The notes under the pieces are model-generated. The model worked only from the letters and a program-made list of their open reading frames with translations. It was not told the origin of the DNA and searched no databases. Shown one piece after another: positions 1 through 13,500 of a DNA stretch of 64,000 nt; position 1 is the first letter of the stretch; every line of letters starts with the position of its first letter. The stretch spans positions 124,001 to 188,000 of the forward strand of contig JAQGDQ010000139.1 of NCBI GenBank assembly GCA_030141605.1, in the 5' to 3' direction. This DNA is from Tubiluchus corallicola (lineage: Eukaryota; Animalia; Priapulida). A program made the translations under genes and the position numbers.

Positions 1-771
1 ATTGGTCAAAAAGATCAATTTCTGCATACTCTAATTGTAAACTATGGCATTCTGTATAATACATGTCCTTCAGCCGACATATTTCAGCTTACATTTTCTC
101 AAACTTCCAACTGATATGCTGCAAGGTATACCTTCTACATAACATTAAATGTTTTGAAGGTGTTAACATATCTGAATTACAATTCATCTTGCAATTTATT
201 TTAAATAGGCACTAACTTTTAACTAAAAAAGTAATACTGCTAATTCTAAACATGGACTGCTTATATAATTTTTAGCAAAAATAAAAATTTAGTATTTAAA
301 CTTCAGTATGACCAAAAATAATAAAATTTTGCAGGTTTGGCTTCAACTTTCTTATTCTGATACCACTGTTCGTAATTACATATTTCAGACCTAAAAAACG
401 AAACATTCATTTAAAAAATACTGTATTAAAACACAATAAATTAAAATTAACAAAAAGAAGCAACGTCGATCGACTGTTAGCCAATAAGACAATACGTTAA
501 TATGGTTATGTTCCTTAAATTTACTACAGTCAATGTTTGTTATTCAAACACAGTTTCTCCATTGTTTGATTTTCAATAAATCTGTGAAAGAATGCATATC
601 AGGTGGTAAATTAGTCTATGGAATATAAGTAACACTGAATGACAATTATGACATACAAATAAATTTTTATGGGGTACTAGCAAAGACATATAGAACTCCA
701 TGCTTGAATATTGTAAACAAATTCAGTAATATATGTCAGCTAATTGAACAAACAGGTTTATATGTACGAAC

Positions 772-897
772 CCTATATCAACAAGTGGAGGCTTGTCTCT
801 TCCTCTACGATAACAAAAATAGACATTTGGACTACGTAAACTCCCGTGATTCAAATCAGCCGGATGACCATGTGGCGTCTTTTCAACGCAAACATAT
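772..897 (-). CDS. DENND4: DENND4/Crag-like Rab GEF, coding exon (MABP region); gene continues beyond the left edge
   Basis: TTTGTAG acceptor and GG|GTTCGT donor. Encodes [42 protein letters not shown], matching the remembered DENND4 motif ADLNxGSL...[11 protein letters not shown]. Phase fits the upstream exon. Confidence 0.92.
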
Positions 898-2027
898 CTA
901 CAAAGTAAAAAATACACAAGTTAGATTACAGTATGCAACATTTGTGTGTTTGTTTGTATTGTAAATGGTATTGAACAATATAATTCTATAAGCCTTTTAG
1001 AAGTTTGGGGTGTGCATGATTAGCAAAAACTCAAAGAAAAGCAACTTGCTAATTGGCGATTGTATTAGAGTATACAATTAGGGGTGTAACAAGGGAAATC
1101 AAACACAGTGCAGGTGCAGGTTAAACATGGTTAGGTTTACAGAAAGGTGAAGTGGGGGGGGGGGGCATGTTAACGGTACTCACAGCTGAGGATGCTAGGG
1201 CTCTGAAGGCGTATCCCTCCAAAACAAAGGATCCCATAACTAAGGTTTTATAGGCCTTAGCTATCATACCACCACAGTGTAAGTGAAAGCACTGGTTACA
1301 GTTGTCGCATGAAATCTTTACCGGTCTGTTACCATGCAGAGATAAGTGCTGGACCCGGGCTAGCCTGTAAGTAAGACTGTCAGTAACGTGCTTAGCAGTT
1401 TACCATATTTTAATTTGATTTGCTGTTTGCTTCTAATTTAAAGCTGTAATTACTCAGATATAGAAAGGTGGTTTGTTTAAAAGCACCTACACTTTTTACT
1501 GTCAGCAGTAACTCCTATTCCATAGATGTGGAAACATTGAGCGAATTCCACAGTACTGACAAAAGGATAAGTATTATGCGCTTGAGAATTTACGTGTCTT
1601 TTACTCACTAGCTGCTGTCCTAAATGCATTAAGCTAAATATAAAAACCATTAAACTTGCAGAACTAAAATGCAAGTACGACACAAACCGATGTTTACTAT
1701 ATACAAGGTGGCATAGTGACTGCAGGTTCTTTGTTCAAGTATGGATCACAAAAACAAAATCATCTTCTACAAAACTAAAATGCTGCAAAAGTGTGAAAAT
1801 ATTTGCTACATACAGGCACTGGATACAAGTATCGAATGTGGGCACTAAAAAAATTTTTTAAGTAGGTTACTTAGGAAAACTTTTATGAGAGCAAGTTTGG
1901 AGACATGTTGTTTGTCTACCTGGGCATGTGCAGTTGCACACCCTTTATGTATTGATATGTGAAAATATTGTTGTTTGCAAATATTATACTGAGTAAATTG
2001 GTTATAAATACAGTTTATAACACATAC

Positions 2028-2200
2028 CCCGGTGGGACAGTCTCCCCCAGACTTTTGACTATTATGGCTATATCAGTTATAGGATCCTGGTGCTGCTTTA
2101 ACTTCATGTTCTGTAGGTTTGAAAAGTCATCCAGCGGCACAGGGTCATTTGGAACCCCGCTGACTATAAAATAGTCAGCTACCCTCTTTTCATCAATCAT
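2028..2200 (-). CDS. DENND4: DENND4/Crag-like Rab GEF, exon with the conserved N-terminus
   Basis: MIDEKRVADYFIVSG...DPITDIAIIVKSLGETVPPG resembles DENND4A MIEDKGPRVADYFVVAG...EPITDVSVIIKSLGEEVP. Acceptor TTTGTAG ends at 2206 (exon starts 2205); donor GG|GTATGT at 2027. Confidence 0.92.
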
Positions 2201-3989
2201 AACACCTACAAATCAGAAATAAAAAGTAATTAGGCTTTCAATTCAAATAAATCTATGTAACTGTAAAGTCTGTAGCATGATAAGCACAAGATTGAAGAGC
2301 TAAAGAGGTAAAAATATATAATTAGTATAACAGTGCAGTGCAATAATTAGCTTATTTATTAATTAATTATTTGGTAAGAAAAATAAAAATACTCGCCCCA
2401 AATATTTATACATAAAATATAATGCAATTTAAAAACCAACAAAATATAATATTAATGTAATAATAGCTCCTGCCATACTAGAGTTATTGTAAATTCAATC
2501 TTCAATAATTACTTGATTACAAATGTGGTAATACAAATCAATGCAGCAAAGAACATCTGAATTATAAACTTTTAGTTATCGGATCCGTTGAAAAAGACAA
2601 ACTTATAGCGGTCAGTCACAAAAAGACAAGCAGAAGATGATCAGAGAAGGGATAGAATGACATATTATGAAGATTATAATATGAAAAAATACAAATTTCA
2701 TTCATGTCTATGTCTATGGTACAATCTAGATTCTAGATGAATACATAATTCAAAATAACTGATCAGTAACAGTTAACTTTGGCAAAGTAATCTAAATGAT
2801 TCTTGCCACGGCCACTAGATGATTCTGTGAAGTTCCCATTCAGATTGTAAACCGCAAAGTCTATAGATGCTACGCTGTATGTACAAACAGTGTGTAACCT
2901 CTAACACTACATAATAGCTTTCTTGCTGTCATGGGTCTATCACCAAAATTACAACATTCATGAAAACAACATTTAATTGAAAATGAGAATTTCTTAACAC
3001 TTAATTTTATATTGACTCAGACTTTCACAAATTTATATGCATTTTCACCAACTGAAATCAGTTATAAAAATAATTTTGAAACGAATTATTAAATTTATTG
3101 GACACCAAATTCTGAACATAAAAGGGCTATTAATAATGTGAACTTGCAAATTGTATACAGGAGCATAACTATCCAATATATCTAGTCAACTAACGCTTGC
3201 GTTTTTCGGCATTTCTTCTGCCGTGTTGTCACCGAACAATAGCAAGGATGAGAGAAATCACTTGACACAATGCCTGCGCATTCAGAGTAATTTTCCTAGA
3301 AAGATGTCACTGCACACGGTGACAATGGTGACATGCATTGTGACCAATCTGCATCGGAGATCTTGGGAAGCTGTTCGAATTCGAGACAGATGGAGTAATT
3401 TTAGTGAGATTCTTAAGAATTGTATTGAGAATTCAATTTGAGTTACGTGATAATTATAGTTAAGCGATGTTTGGTAAGGGGAAAAATGAAAAGTAAAATC
3501 TGTTCTAGGAGAACTGGTCAAGATACGTAAGAATTCGAGTAATGCCAGTATGAGTTTACTGTATTTGTCACACAAATATGTAGACAAACACTATGAGGAA
3601 TGTTCGTCCATTACTGATGACAATTCTATTTAATGAATAAAATATTTTTTGAGTCTTTGCCATTCTGTATAATACTTATAAAAGTGTATTTTTGCATGTT
3701 GGTTCGTTTATCTTTGTTAAAATTACATTTTTTCTATCAAAAGAAGCAGACGAACTTTTTTAGGATTTTTTGACCATGGCAGAGGTCTGCTCACTCCTGA
3801 GCTAACTCTATTTTATTAATTATACAGATTATAAACAGCAAAATAACATGCGTCATGAACCTTTTCAAATTGTGCCATTTTTACCTACAGATGGGAACAT
3901 TTGGTGCCCCACTCATACTCTTAATTTTATTAACATTTATTTATAGCACGAATATCCTGAAGAAAAATGAGCACGTGGAAAAATTCCAA

Positions 3990-4490
3990 AAAACATTTGG
4001 ATTACTGCATGCATACAAAAGAGAGCTATAAACTTTATTGAGTGTCCTAGTTTTGCAGAGTTAACATATGAACAGAAACTGAAGAGATGCAGACTGATGT
4101 CTCTAGAACACTGTAAAGTGAGAGCAGATGTGACTGAAGTTTTCAGAATTGTGAATGGGCTTGAAGGTCTGGAATGCCATGACTTTTTACTTTTAGTGAT
4201 GACAATAGAACAAGACGTCACAGTAAAAATAATAGTGAAGAGAAGGTCTAGACTTGACCTTAGGAAATACAGTTTTAGCCAAAGGGTTACTAAGATTTGG
4301 AACTGATAAACAGAGGATGCTGTGAACTCTGACAAAGTAAATGCTTTTAAGAGCCACTCGAGTTCTTGATGAAGAATGGGAGGCGGGCTCAACACAAGCT
4401 TGTCCAAGCTTACAGCACCAGTTACCATCGCCACCGATTACACTGCCACTTAGATGAAGCTAGTGGTCGTCAGTAAGTAACAGTAAAAGC
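3990..4490 (+). mobile_element. CR1/L2-type LINE 3' fragment
   Basis: Peptide YEQKLKRCRLMSLEH...RADVTEVFRIVNG...RSRLDLRKYSFSQRVTKIWN is typical of the CR1 ORF2 C-terminus; ends in a short AGTA-type tail. Confidence 0.8.
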
Positions 4491-4677
4491 CACACAAATT
4501 TTCCCATCACTCATGCATAGCCAGGCCTAACTACACAATTTAAAAGCATCAACAGTAATCTTTAGCAATACAAATTTCTTACCCCTCGTTTTTCCGTTAT
4601 ATCGGGAAGTACCTCATGATATAAATAATATAATGATCGCTACCTTAACGGGAGTATGGGGGTGAAAAAAACCTTAC

Positions 4678-4699
4678 TCAAACTACAATTCGACGCCAT
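4678..4699 (-). CDS. Candidate upstream micro-exon of DENND4 giving the N-terminal extension MASNCSLSV
   Basis: ATCATGGCG start context and A|GTAAGG donor. Splices in frame to the acceptor at 2205 (A+GT, GTT, ATG). Lies in a locally CpG-richer patch. Confidence 0.45.
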
Positions 4700-5396
4700 G
4701 ATCATGAATGAAAATCAATTCTATGGTAGATATTGAAACAGTGCTCGCGCAATTCTCACACGTGCCTTACTTGTAAGCACTCGGTTAAACTAGAACGGTT
4801 GACCATTGATGTATTAAAAATTGGCAATGGTGTTTCACGTTACGAAAAATTGGTACTGGTAGCGGTAGATCAATAATAACGATAATAAAAAAATACCAGC
4901 ATTCATGCTTTCATTAATTGGCACTGAGGACCGTGGCCTCACAGTCACCTTATCTGTAGCCCAGTAGCCTATAAAATCAAAAAATCCGGCCCGGCTTGTA
5001 AAACTGTTGCTTATGCATTAGTAATTTGATATTGATTTTTCGCAGTCACTATTATATAGTTTACCTAATTGTTGTATTTATAATCTGCAAAAGTGTTCAA
5101 AATCAAGGAGCAAAACGTTTCCAGATAGATCATGACTCCCGAGAAAATGCAACCTAATTCCTGATGCTGTTTGTAGCTGTAACTCTTCAAGAAGTTTTAG
5201 AAAAAACTCATCTGTTTTTACAAGATCTTAATTAACTCATTATCATCTACATTGTAATATATGTAGTGAATAGAGTTGTATATGTACTTATTTATATAGT
5301 TACTTTTATGTATCACACCATTGACAAAATATAAGTATGTTAAATTGTTAAAAACAAAGATGACTGAATAATGCATTCAGCAGCTCTGGTTAGCAG

Positions 5397-5962
<566 letters not shown>

Positions 5963-6760
5963 CTAGGCGGTCACCCATTGATAATTTGTTCCAAGGGTCG
6001 ATGACGTGGGAGGCAGAAAAAGTGTGACCGAATACTGGTTCGTGAAAAATGAACAATTAAATAATTTGGATGAATCGAGGGATCTAGGAGAGCATGAAAA
6101 AAAATTATCTTCTTGGAAGATGGATGTTCCATTGATTATCTTATAACAATCATTGATGAGGTCAATTGTCTCTCCCCATTCATATGAACTGGGATAGTGT
6201 AGAAGTTCACCTGGTCTAACACATCGGTTTTGCATTTTTTTCAGAGATGCTTTAAGAGTTGAGTACTGCAGTGACCAGACTATTGAAGCATACTCGAGAA
6301 TTGGATGCACAACAGCTTTGTACAGTGGGATGAACACCGAGGCTTTCCTAGATGTATTACAATGCTTGATCATGCCTATGCATTGAATTGCTTGTGAAAT
6401 GATATTGCTTGTGTGAACATTGCACTTGCACATGTTCCAATGTCAAAAACAAGGCTATTTGAATGAGAAATTGAACAACTTCTTCATGTACTGAAACATG
6501 GTGCCTCGTGAAATCACAGAAAAAAATCTCTAATATCTCTGCGCAAAGACACTGCATTCTTCGCACTGCTTTGAAAGAACATGTTTCCAAAACATTAAAC
6601 AACATTCTTGTTGCATTGCTCAATACGAGAGTGTGAAAGGACCATCAGACATGACTTCAGGAAGAGAGAGACAGGAATATATGAAACTTTCAAATGCTGA
6701 CTTGAACCATCCAGTCACCACATAGAGATATCCTGTTAATCTCAGTTAATCCAGTTACAC
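5963..6760 (-). mobile_element. Degenerate CR1/L2 LINE ORF2 3' fragment
   Basis: IGMIKHC...VFIPLYKAVVHPILEYASIVWS...DLINDCYKIING, plus an upstream GDWMVQVSIxKFHIF remnant; stops and frameshifts present. Confidence 0.8.
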
Positions 6761-6989
6761 TTCTGACATCACTGTAATTCTGACATCATGTTCAATACTG
6801 GGTCATGTTTTCACACAGTTAGGTTTGTCTCTCTCTCCTAGTGGCTCTCTGTTTGATGCTGTCAGTTCTATTACTTCATAATGTGAATTTTAATGTGTAA
6901 CAGAAATGGTGTCAGTGTAACAAAATGAAAGAAGAAAATTAATGCAAAACTTGCCACTTGTTCTACCTACTCCTTATATACTAACCTGC

Positions 6990-9180
6990 ACGCTTACCTA
7001 ATACTTAGTTCCCACCATGGAAATGAGGTGTATAAATCTATGACACATATTATCTCTCTCTAAACCTTCCTACTGCTACTGCTACTGCTTTGACCTCGTT
7101 CAAACTCCTCCATTCTACACAACTCTTCTCTGCTTCCACTGTCCTTCTCCGTGTTGTTTTTGGTGTCCCCCTTGCCCTTCTTCTTTCTAGTTTCCACTCC
7201 ATCACAATCGCTTTTCCTCCTTTGGACATACCTAACCCAATTCCATCACTTCCTTCCAATCTGATTTCTTACTGTTTTCAGTTGTGTCTCGTTTGCTACA
7301 TCTTGAGTCACCCATCCTGCCATCTAATCCTACACCATTAAAAACTGAAATGCGCCAAGTTTCTTATCCGCTGTCTAAGCCTGTCTTCATCATCTTCCGT
7401 GCCTTGCTTCCATACAATGACACCTTTATTATACATTCTTAATACCATTTCTTTACTTTTGGTTTCACACAAAAAACCTTGCTTTCTTAATCTTGTTATG
7501 TCTTCCATATGCTGCCTTTGCATTGCTCAGCCTGCTTTTAAATCCTGTGCTCCTCACCCATGTTTGACATTATTGCTCCCAGATATACATCCCCCACCTC
7601 TTCTTATCTCACGTTCATCCTCTTGTTACACTGTGCATTTATCCTGATCGTTGATCGTTCCTATCCTACTGTTTAGTCTAAGTTTTATGCTTTTTGCTTT
7701 CTCCTTCAGCCTTGCAATCTTTGTCTCTATATATCCAAACTCCTCTGAAATAAGTGCCAGATCACCTGCAAAATCAGGATCTTCTAATACTGTGGTACAT
7801 CTCATCTTATTCCCATTTCCTGGTTGTCCACTGCTCTCCTCATTAAAAAATCAAGTGTCATAATGAACAGGAAACCTGACATCCCACATCCCTGCTTGAC
7901 CCTTGTCCTTATTGTGAGCTCTGATGTTCTCCCTCATCGATTTCCACACACTTAACACCATCTGTTCGATCAGCTTTCTCATCTTCCATGGCACTCTGCA
8001 GTTTTTTATGATCTTTCACAAACTCTACCTAAATCGACTCAAATCCTCACAAAAACCTACAGAAAGCAGGCATCTGGAAGCACTCCATTCATGCACAGTG
8101 TTAGTCAGTGTTAGTGCCTATTGTAGTATATTCCTTAAAATGAAGATCTGGTCACACATGTCTCTTTCCCCTCTGAATCCTCCTTTTTCCTTCCTCGTGA
8201 ACATCTCTACATCACTCTTCATCCTATTAATGAGTACCCTTCCAAAATCTTTGCTTGTTACACTCAACATGGTCTCATCTTTCTAGTTACTGCAGCCCTT
8301 CATATCCCCCTTCTTTGGTTCCTTAACAGTAAGTCCCTTCTTACAGTTGTTTAGAACCTTCCGTTTCCTCTGCATTAAACTGAACATATCCGTGAGTAAA
8401 CTACTTGTCTCTCCTGTATGCACCTCTGACAAATCCACTCTCAAATTATCTTTTCTAGGTGCCTTCCTAGACTTCAATTTCATCAATGATGTGTTTTCCA
8501 TCTTTTCTGTCCTCAGAGTGCCTTCCTTGCCTTTCACTCCACACATCTGTTGCTATTCTTCTGTCAGAACATACATGATTTGTTACAATTTCTTCATGTT
8601 GCAATTTCCTGCTGCTCCACTTTCTCTGCAAGTCACTCCAACCATCTCTTCTTGTTATTTCTTGTACTCCTCTTCACCTGTTTGCCTTTTCTCTATTTTC
8701 TTTCTTTAGCCCCTTCTTCTTCCACAACCAGGTCCTGTGGCTTGCAATTTTCTCCTTGGTCGATCTTGTTTCAAGCTCCAGTGATTCTCCTATGATCCAT
8801 GGCTGGCTTATCTTCTTTGGTTTCCTCAAAATATTATCTGCTGTATCTACATAAGCCTCCTCAATGAATTGCTCAGCTCCTCCGCTTCACCCAGGCTTTC
8901 AAATACTTGGAACTCGTTCCTCATCCATATTCATCTGTTTTTTATTGCCTCATCTTCCAATTTTTCCAAATGAAACTTGTGCCTGATTTTGTTCTGTGTA
9001 ACTCCCTTAACTTCTGTGTAACCCCCTTAACCCCCTCATCCTTGTCCTCACATGCTGTGACCATTAATAAGGTTATCTTCTCTCACTGATCGCGCATCCA
9101 ACACTGACGATCACATAGTCCCTAAAACCAGCATGGGGCCAAGCCAATCGCACCTGGTGGTGTCCACACAGTTTTACTCA
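6990..9180 (-). mobile_element. RTE-clade LINE, 5'-truncated and decayed
   Basis: RT motifs VKQGCGMSGFLF (~7900) and DFAGDLALIS (~7770); RTE-type C-terminus EWKLERRRARGTPKTTRRRTVEAE; endonuclease-end remnant DYVIVS (~9115). Confidence 0.85.
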
Positions 9181-10411
9181 ACTCTTTTATGTGGAAATAA
9201 CATTCCTGTTTTTACCCATTCGTGTTTCCCAACTCGCACAATAGTTCGTTCTTATTCTGACATGCGCAACTAATGTGAAGCATGCCTACATGCTTTTGCT
9301 GCTGCTGAGTAGAAGATGCCATTTGATGGTGCTGTAATTATTTATAATGGCCAACATTTGTAATACTTACTGCAACGTTACAGGCGGACCATTACAATGT
9401 ACAGGCGTCAAAATAAATGGGATTTTGCATTCATTATGCTATATGTAAGAGGGTAGCTTATGTGCACATTTTTATTTATTACATTTTAGCGAGTTACAAG
9501 TTTGACTAAGTTTGAAATGTTATTGTGGTTTATACAGAACCCTCTACACAATCCACAGTAATTAGTACGTAATGGTAGTTAATATCAATTGATTATGTTA
9601 ACCTGTCAGCACTCTTGAGAATTTTTAATACCAGCCCCAGTCTGACGACACAACACATTTTGATATGTACATAAAGTATGATTAATTCTACACAAATGTA
9701 TCTATCACACTATGTAAATAACAAGATATCCTTGCTCTTACCATCGTATAACATGCTGTAACTGGACCTTTATTGTAGTACCAAGTTATGGCTTCTTGAC
9801 AGCAACAACGTTGCTGTGGCATAAGGCATCAAGTTGATTTGCGTTAGAAAAAAGGAAGCTTTTTCTTCAAGAAAAGAAACAAAACAGGCTTGGTGGGAGA
9901 GCTTAGGTAATATAGGTAACTGCATTTTCGTCAGTAAACAAATGCGTTAGACAAATCAAGTTAGCTTATTCATTAAGTTGGTTTACCAAAGTGCCAGTGA
10001 ATGCTTGATACTTAGATTTGCTGACTTATAGAAAAGAACTGCAAGAATTATGATTAACATAATTATGTATTTAGACTTATCGCAAGCGGTCCAACTCATG
10101 GATAATAATATTCTCCAAATCACTAGTAGAGTGGCGGCTCTCTAGCGTAGATGAGACGGTTGCGTAAATTCCGCTACAGTTGCTTTTTCAACTTTTATTA
10201 TGCGGTTTGGTGGTTGGTAATGCGCAGTAATATTATTAGCTATTGTATGGTGCTTATGTGGTATATTGAGTAGTTGCTGTTACTATGTATTGCTTTTGCG
10301 GTCAGAAATTCTACGTTGCACACGTGTTCTGTGGAGCTATACTTTGGGTTTAGGTATCACTACGGTCGTACTTGTTTTCCATGCCGTAATAAGTAAGGTT
10401 CTTTTACCACA

Positions 10412-10519
10412 ATGGGCGAAGCACGTCGATCTCGCGTAGAAATTAATTTTAGACGGTTATTGTCTCAGAGCGAATCACTAGCTTCGCAGAAATATCACGA
10501 CAAGTGGCGGATGGAAAAG
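10412..10519 (+). CDS. USE1: USE1 coding exon 1, copy A
   Basis: MGEARRSRVEINFRRLLSQSESLASQKYHDKWRMEK; donor AAG|GTTTGC. Confidence 0.85.
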
Positions 10520-13500
10520 GTTTGCCTTAGGCGAATAACTTATTGATAATGTCCGGAGCTCGCACTCCGTACACTCATTTGCACTGTGAACTATGTATAA
10601 ATTAAATTGGTTACTATATGTAAACTAAGTATATCTCGTTACAAATATTATTTTCTACCTGCTCAATAGTTAGTTATATTTATTTAATATTATGCATGTC
10701 GTAATAAGTAAGGTTCGTTTACCACAATGGGCGAAGCACGTCGATCTCGCGTAGAAATTAATTTTAGACGGTTATTGTCTCAGAGCGAATCACTAGCTTC
10801 GCAGAAATATCACGACAAGTGGCGGATGGAAAAGGTTTACCTTAGGCGAATAACTTATTGATAATGTCCGGAGCTCGCACTCCGTACACTCATTTGCACT
10901 GTGAACTATGTATAAATTAAATTGGTTACTATACGTAAACTAAGTATTTCTCGTTACAAATATTATTTTCTACCTGCTCAATAGTTAGTTATATTTATTT
11001 AATTCTATGCAAAAATTATTTTCTCAACATAAATATTACCATCACTATCCTCTTCATTCTTGCTTGTAAGTAGGCATATCAAATTATTGACTAACTCAAT
11101 CTATATTAATCTTAATTTCTTTATACTAATAATCGTGTCTTGTTACATTAATAATAATAATAGTAATAGTTACATAATTCTTCTACAGGCCCCCGTGAGT
11201 TAATTATACCTAATTATGTAAGGGAGTGCGTAAATGACCACTTGGTCATACACTTCCCTCACACAAACTAAATTTGCTCATTGATAATATTACTTTTGTA
11301 ACTGTGTTTTAGTTTTATGTGTGAAATAAAATATCATAGTTCATGCGCTGTAGATCAAACAAAACTTTTCGTACCATACGTAAACAATAACGAGGAATGT
11401 TAGTTGAGCATAATATTATTTTGTCTAATGTAAATATAGGCTTTTCATGTTATTAGGGTTAATTAATCATTAATAAAACTTTTTTTGTGTGTACATGTGT
11501 TAACTTATGGAAGCAATAGCACAGTTAAGTCATAGCTCATTTACCAGTGTATGGGCTCTTCACATATTTGAGCAAATAAACTGAACTGAATTGAATAGTA
11601 ATAATGCTGTTGGTCGCTATTTACCGCCCAGTCGGTACTTGCTTCAGCCTGCTAGTATTTGGGCTGGCCCCAACACGCTTGCAGCATTATAGGGGTTGCC
11701 CAAATAACCTAGCAGAAACTGAGTTTATCTTAGCATTGTTTTCCTCATTTATTTACTTGCATCTGACACTTACAGCATGGATAGAGGTTAAGCATAGATG
11801 ATTGCTTTTATCCCTCCAATCTTCTTTGGGTGCTTGTGTTAACTATTTGAATAAGACAATAGGTGGTAGCATTAACAATACGATCCGGATAAAAGTATCA
11901 TCGTGTTCTTGTGTCGTGATGAAGTTCTAGATTCCATCAACAATCAAAGCACCTGGCTACCACTGGGGAAGTTGAGGATCAATGTATTTCTCAGGATGCC
12001 CAGAGTTGGTCTAATTGAGCTTTGAACTGTGGAACTGACATTCTTGGGACACTTGTTCAAAGCATTTACCACAGAAGCTGCAAAGCAATTTTGCCTTCTT
12101 CCACATTTGGAAACAGGTTTCTTGTTGGTTTTATGTGAATGCCTTTATGTCCTATGATTGGGCTGAAGTACTGTTAGTCCGATCAGTACTCTTGATGATT
12201 CTAAATGACTGACTCATATTTTGCCTGTGTCTTCTGTTTTAAGTGTTTTAAGTCTTAAGCTTGTAACTTGTAAGCCGTAAGTGTCATAGCCTTTCAGGAT
12301 AGGGTTTTTCATCAATTTCGAAAATCATTCTAATTGCTCTCATTCTGAAATCATTGCCCATTGCTGAATGCTTTCAAGCTCGTGCTTCAGGCCAAGGGTT
12401 CCAAATCACGTCAGCATAGTCTAAGACAGACCTTACCGTAGATGTGTAAAGATTGATAACATACCAATATCCTTATACAGTCTAACCTGGTTGTATACCG
12501 CCAAACTCATTTACCACCTACAGAATGGCCAACAACAAAACGGCTGTATTCAACTGTATATAAAAATGACCCATTATACTGCCTCTGGTTAACCTCCATC
12601 CATTAGCCGAATTAATGTACAAGTACACTGTTCAATGGGTAAATACCACCAGCAGCTTCTTGATATAATGCCAACTGTGCGAGGTTGCTAACTACACTTT
12701 GCTGAGTCATAGACACTGGGCAACCACGCGTCGTATAAAATAATTACATTTTATCATGTTTTGATTGTTTGCAAGCTGTACTGTACATCATATAATTGTC
12801 AATGTGCCGCACAGTCATATTGGTAACTGACAAGAAGACGTGGCTCTTTTTTGTGACAAGAGGCAAGGTATTTGTTTGTATTCTAAGAATCATCCAAGCA
12901 AATCCCAGAACACATTTGTAGTTATGACTTAACCTTTTTTATATATGTGTGTTTAGTGAAGCAGTAGACCTACAGTATTTAATTTATACAGTTGAGTACA
13001 AGACATTTTATTATGTAAACAAAAACTGCTTATAAAGAATGATTGATTTTGAGTGATTCATTAATCCACATAGTGCATCATTAATTTGTATATGATTAAT
13101 TTAATAATTTTCCTTTAATTCATTAACCTTAAGAGTGGAAATTGAGCCCTCTAACCAGTGTACATTTTTTGTTTCGTCTATAAACTACCATGAATAAAAC
13201 CTTAGACAACTGTTTGCTTAGTGTAATTTAATTTTAATAATTTCTGGCAGCTGGTGGCACAGTACAGTAGAGTTTAATTGTGACAAAGTTAATATGCCAA
13301 AGGCCTTTACACTTGTCTGATTGTTTTGTGATTCATCTATAGCAAAATTTATCGTTATAACCCCAGATTTGCTATAATGCCAACTTTTTTCTAGTCCCAA
13401 AGTGGGTGGTGTAAACAGGTTTGACTGCATCCAAAGTTGCACTTTATTAACGCTAATCTGCTGTGTGCCTTCTGCAATATATCATGAATGTGACTTGTAG

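Larger units (their letters stand above)
10381..11010. repeat. 315-bp tandem duplication (2 copies) containing USE1 exon 1
   Basis: Units 10381-10695 and 10696-11010; about 7 mismatches by eye, all outside the coding exon. Confidence 0.95.

Noticed and set aside
1085-1300. Small TGTAAC...GTTACA element with a G-run
   Set aside because: Flanks (GGGG / GTTG) give no TSD and there is no second copy in the window; too weak to call.
7090-9089. Hydrophobic plus-strand ORFs that look like membrane proteins
   Set aside because: Antisense readings of the purine-rich RTE LINE.
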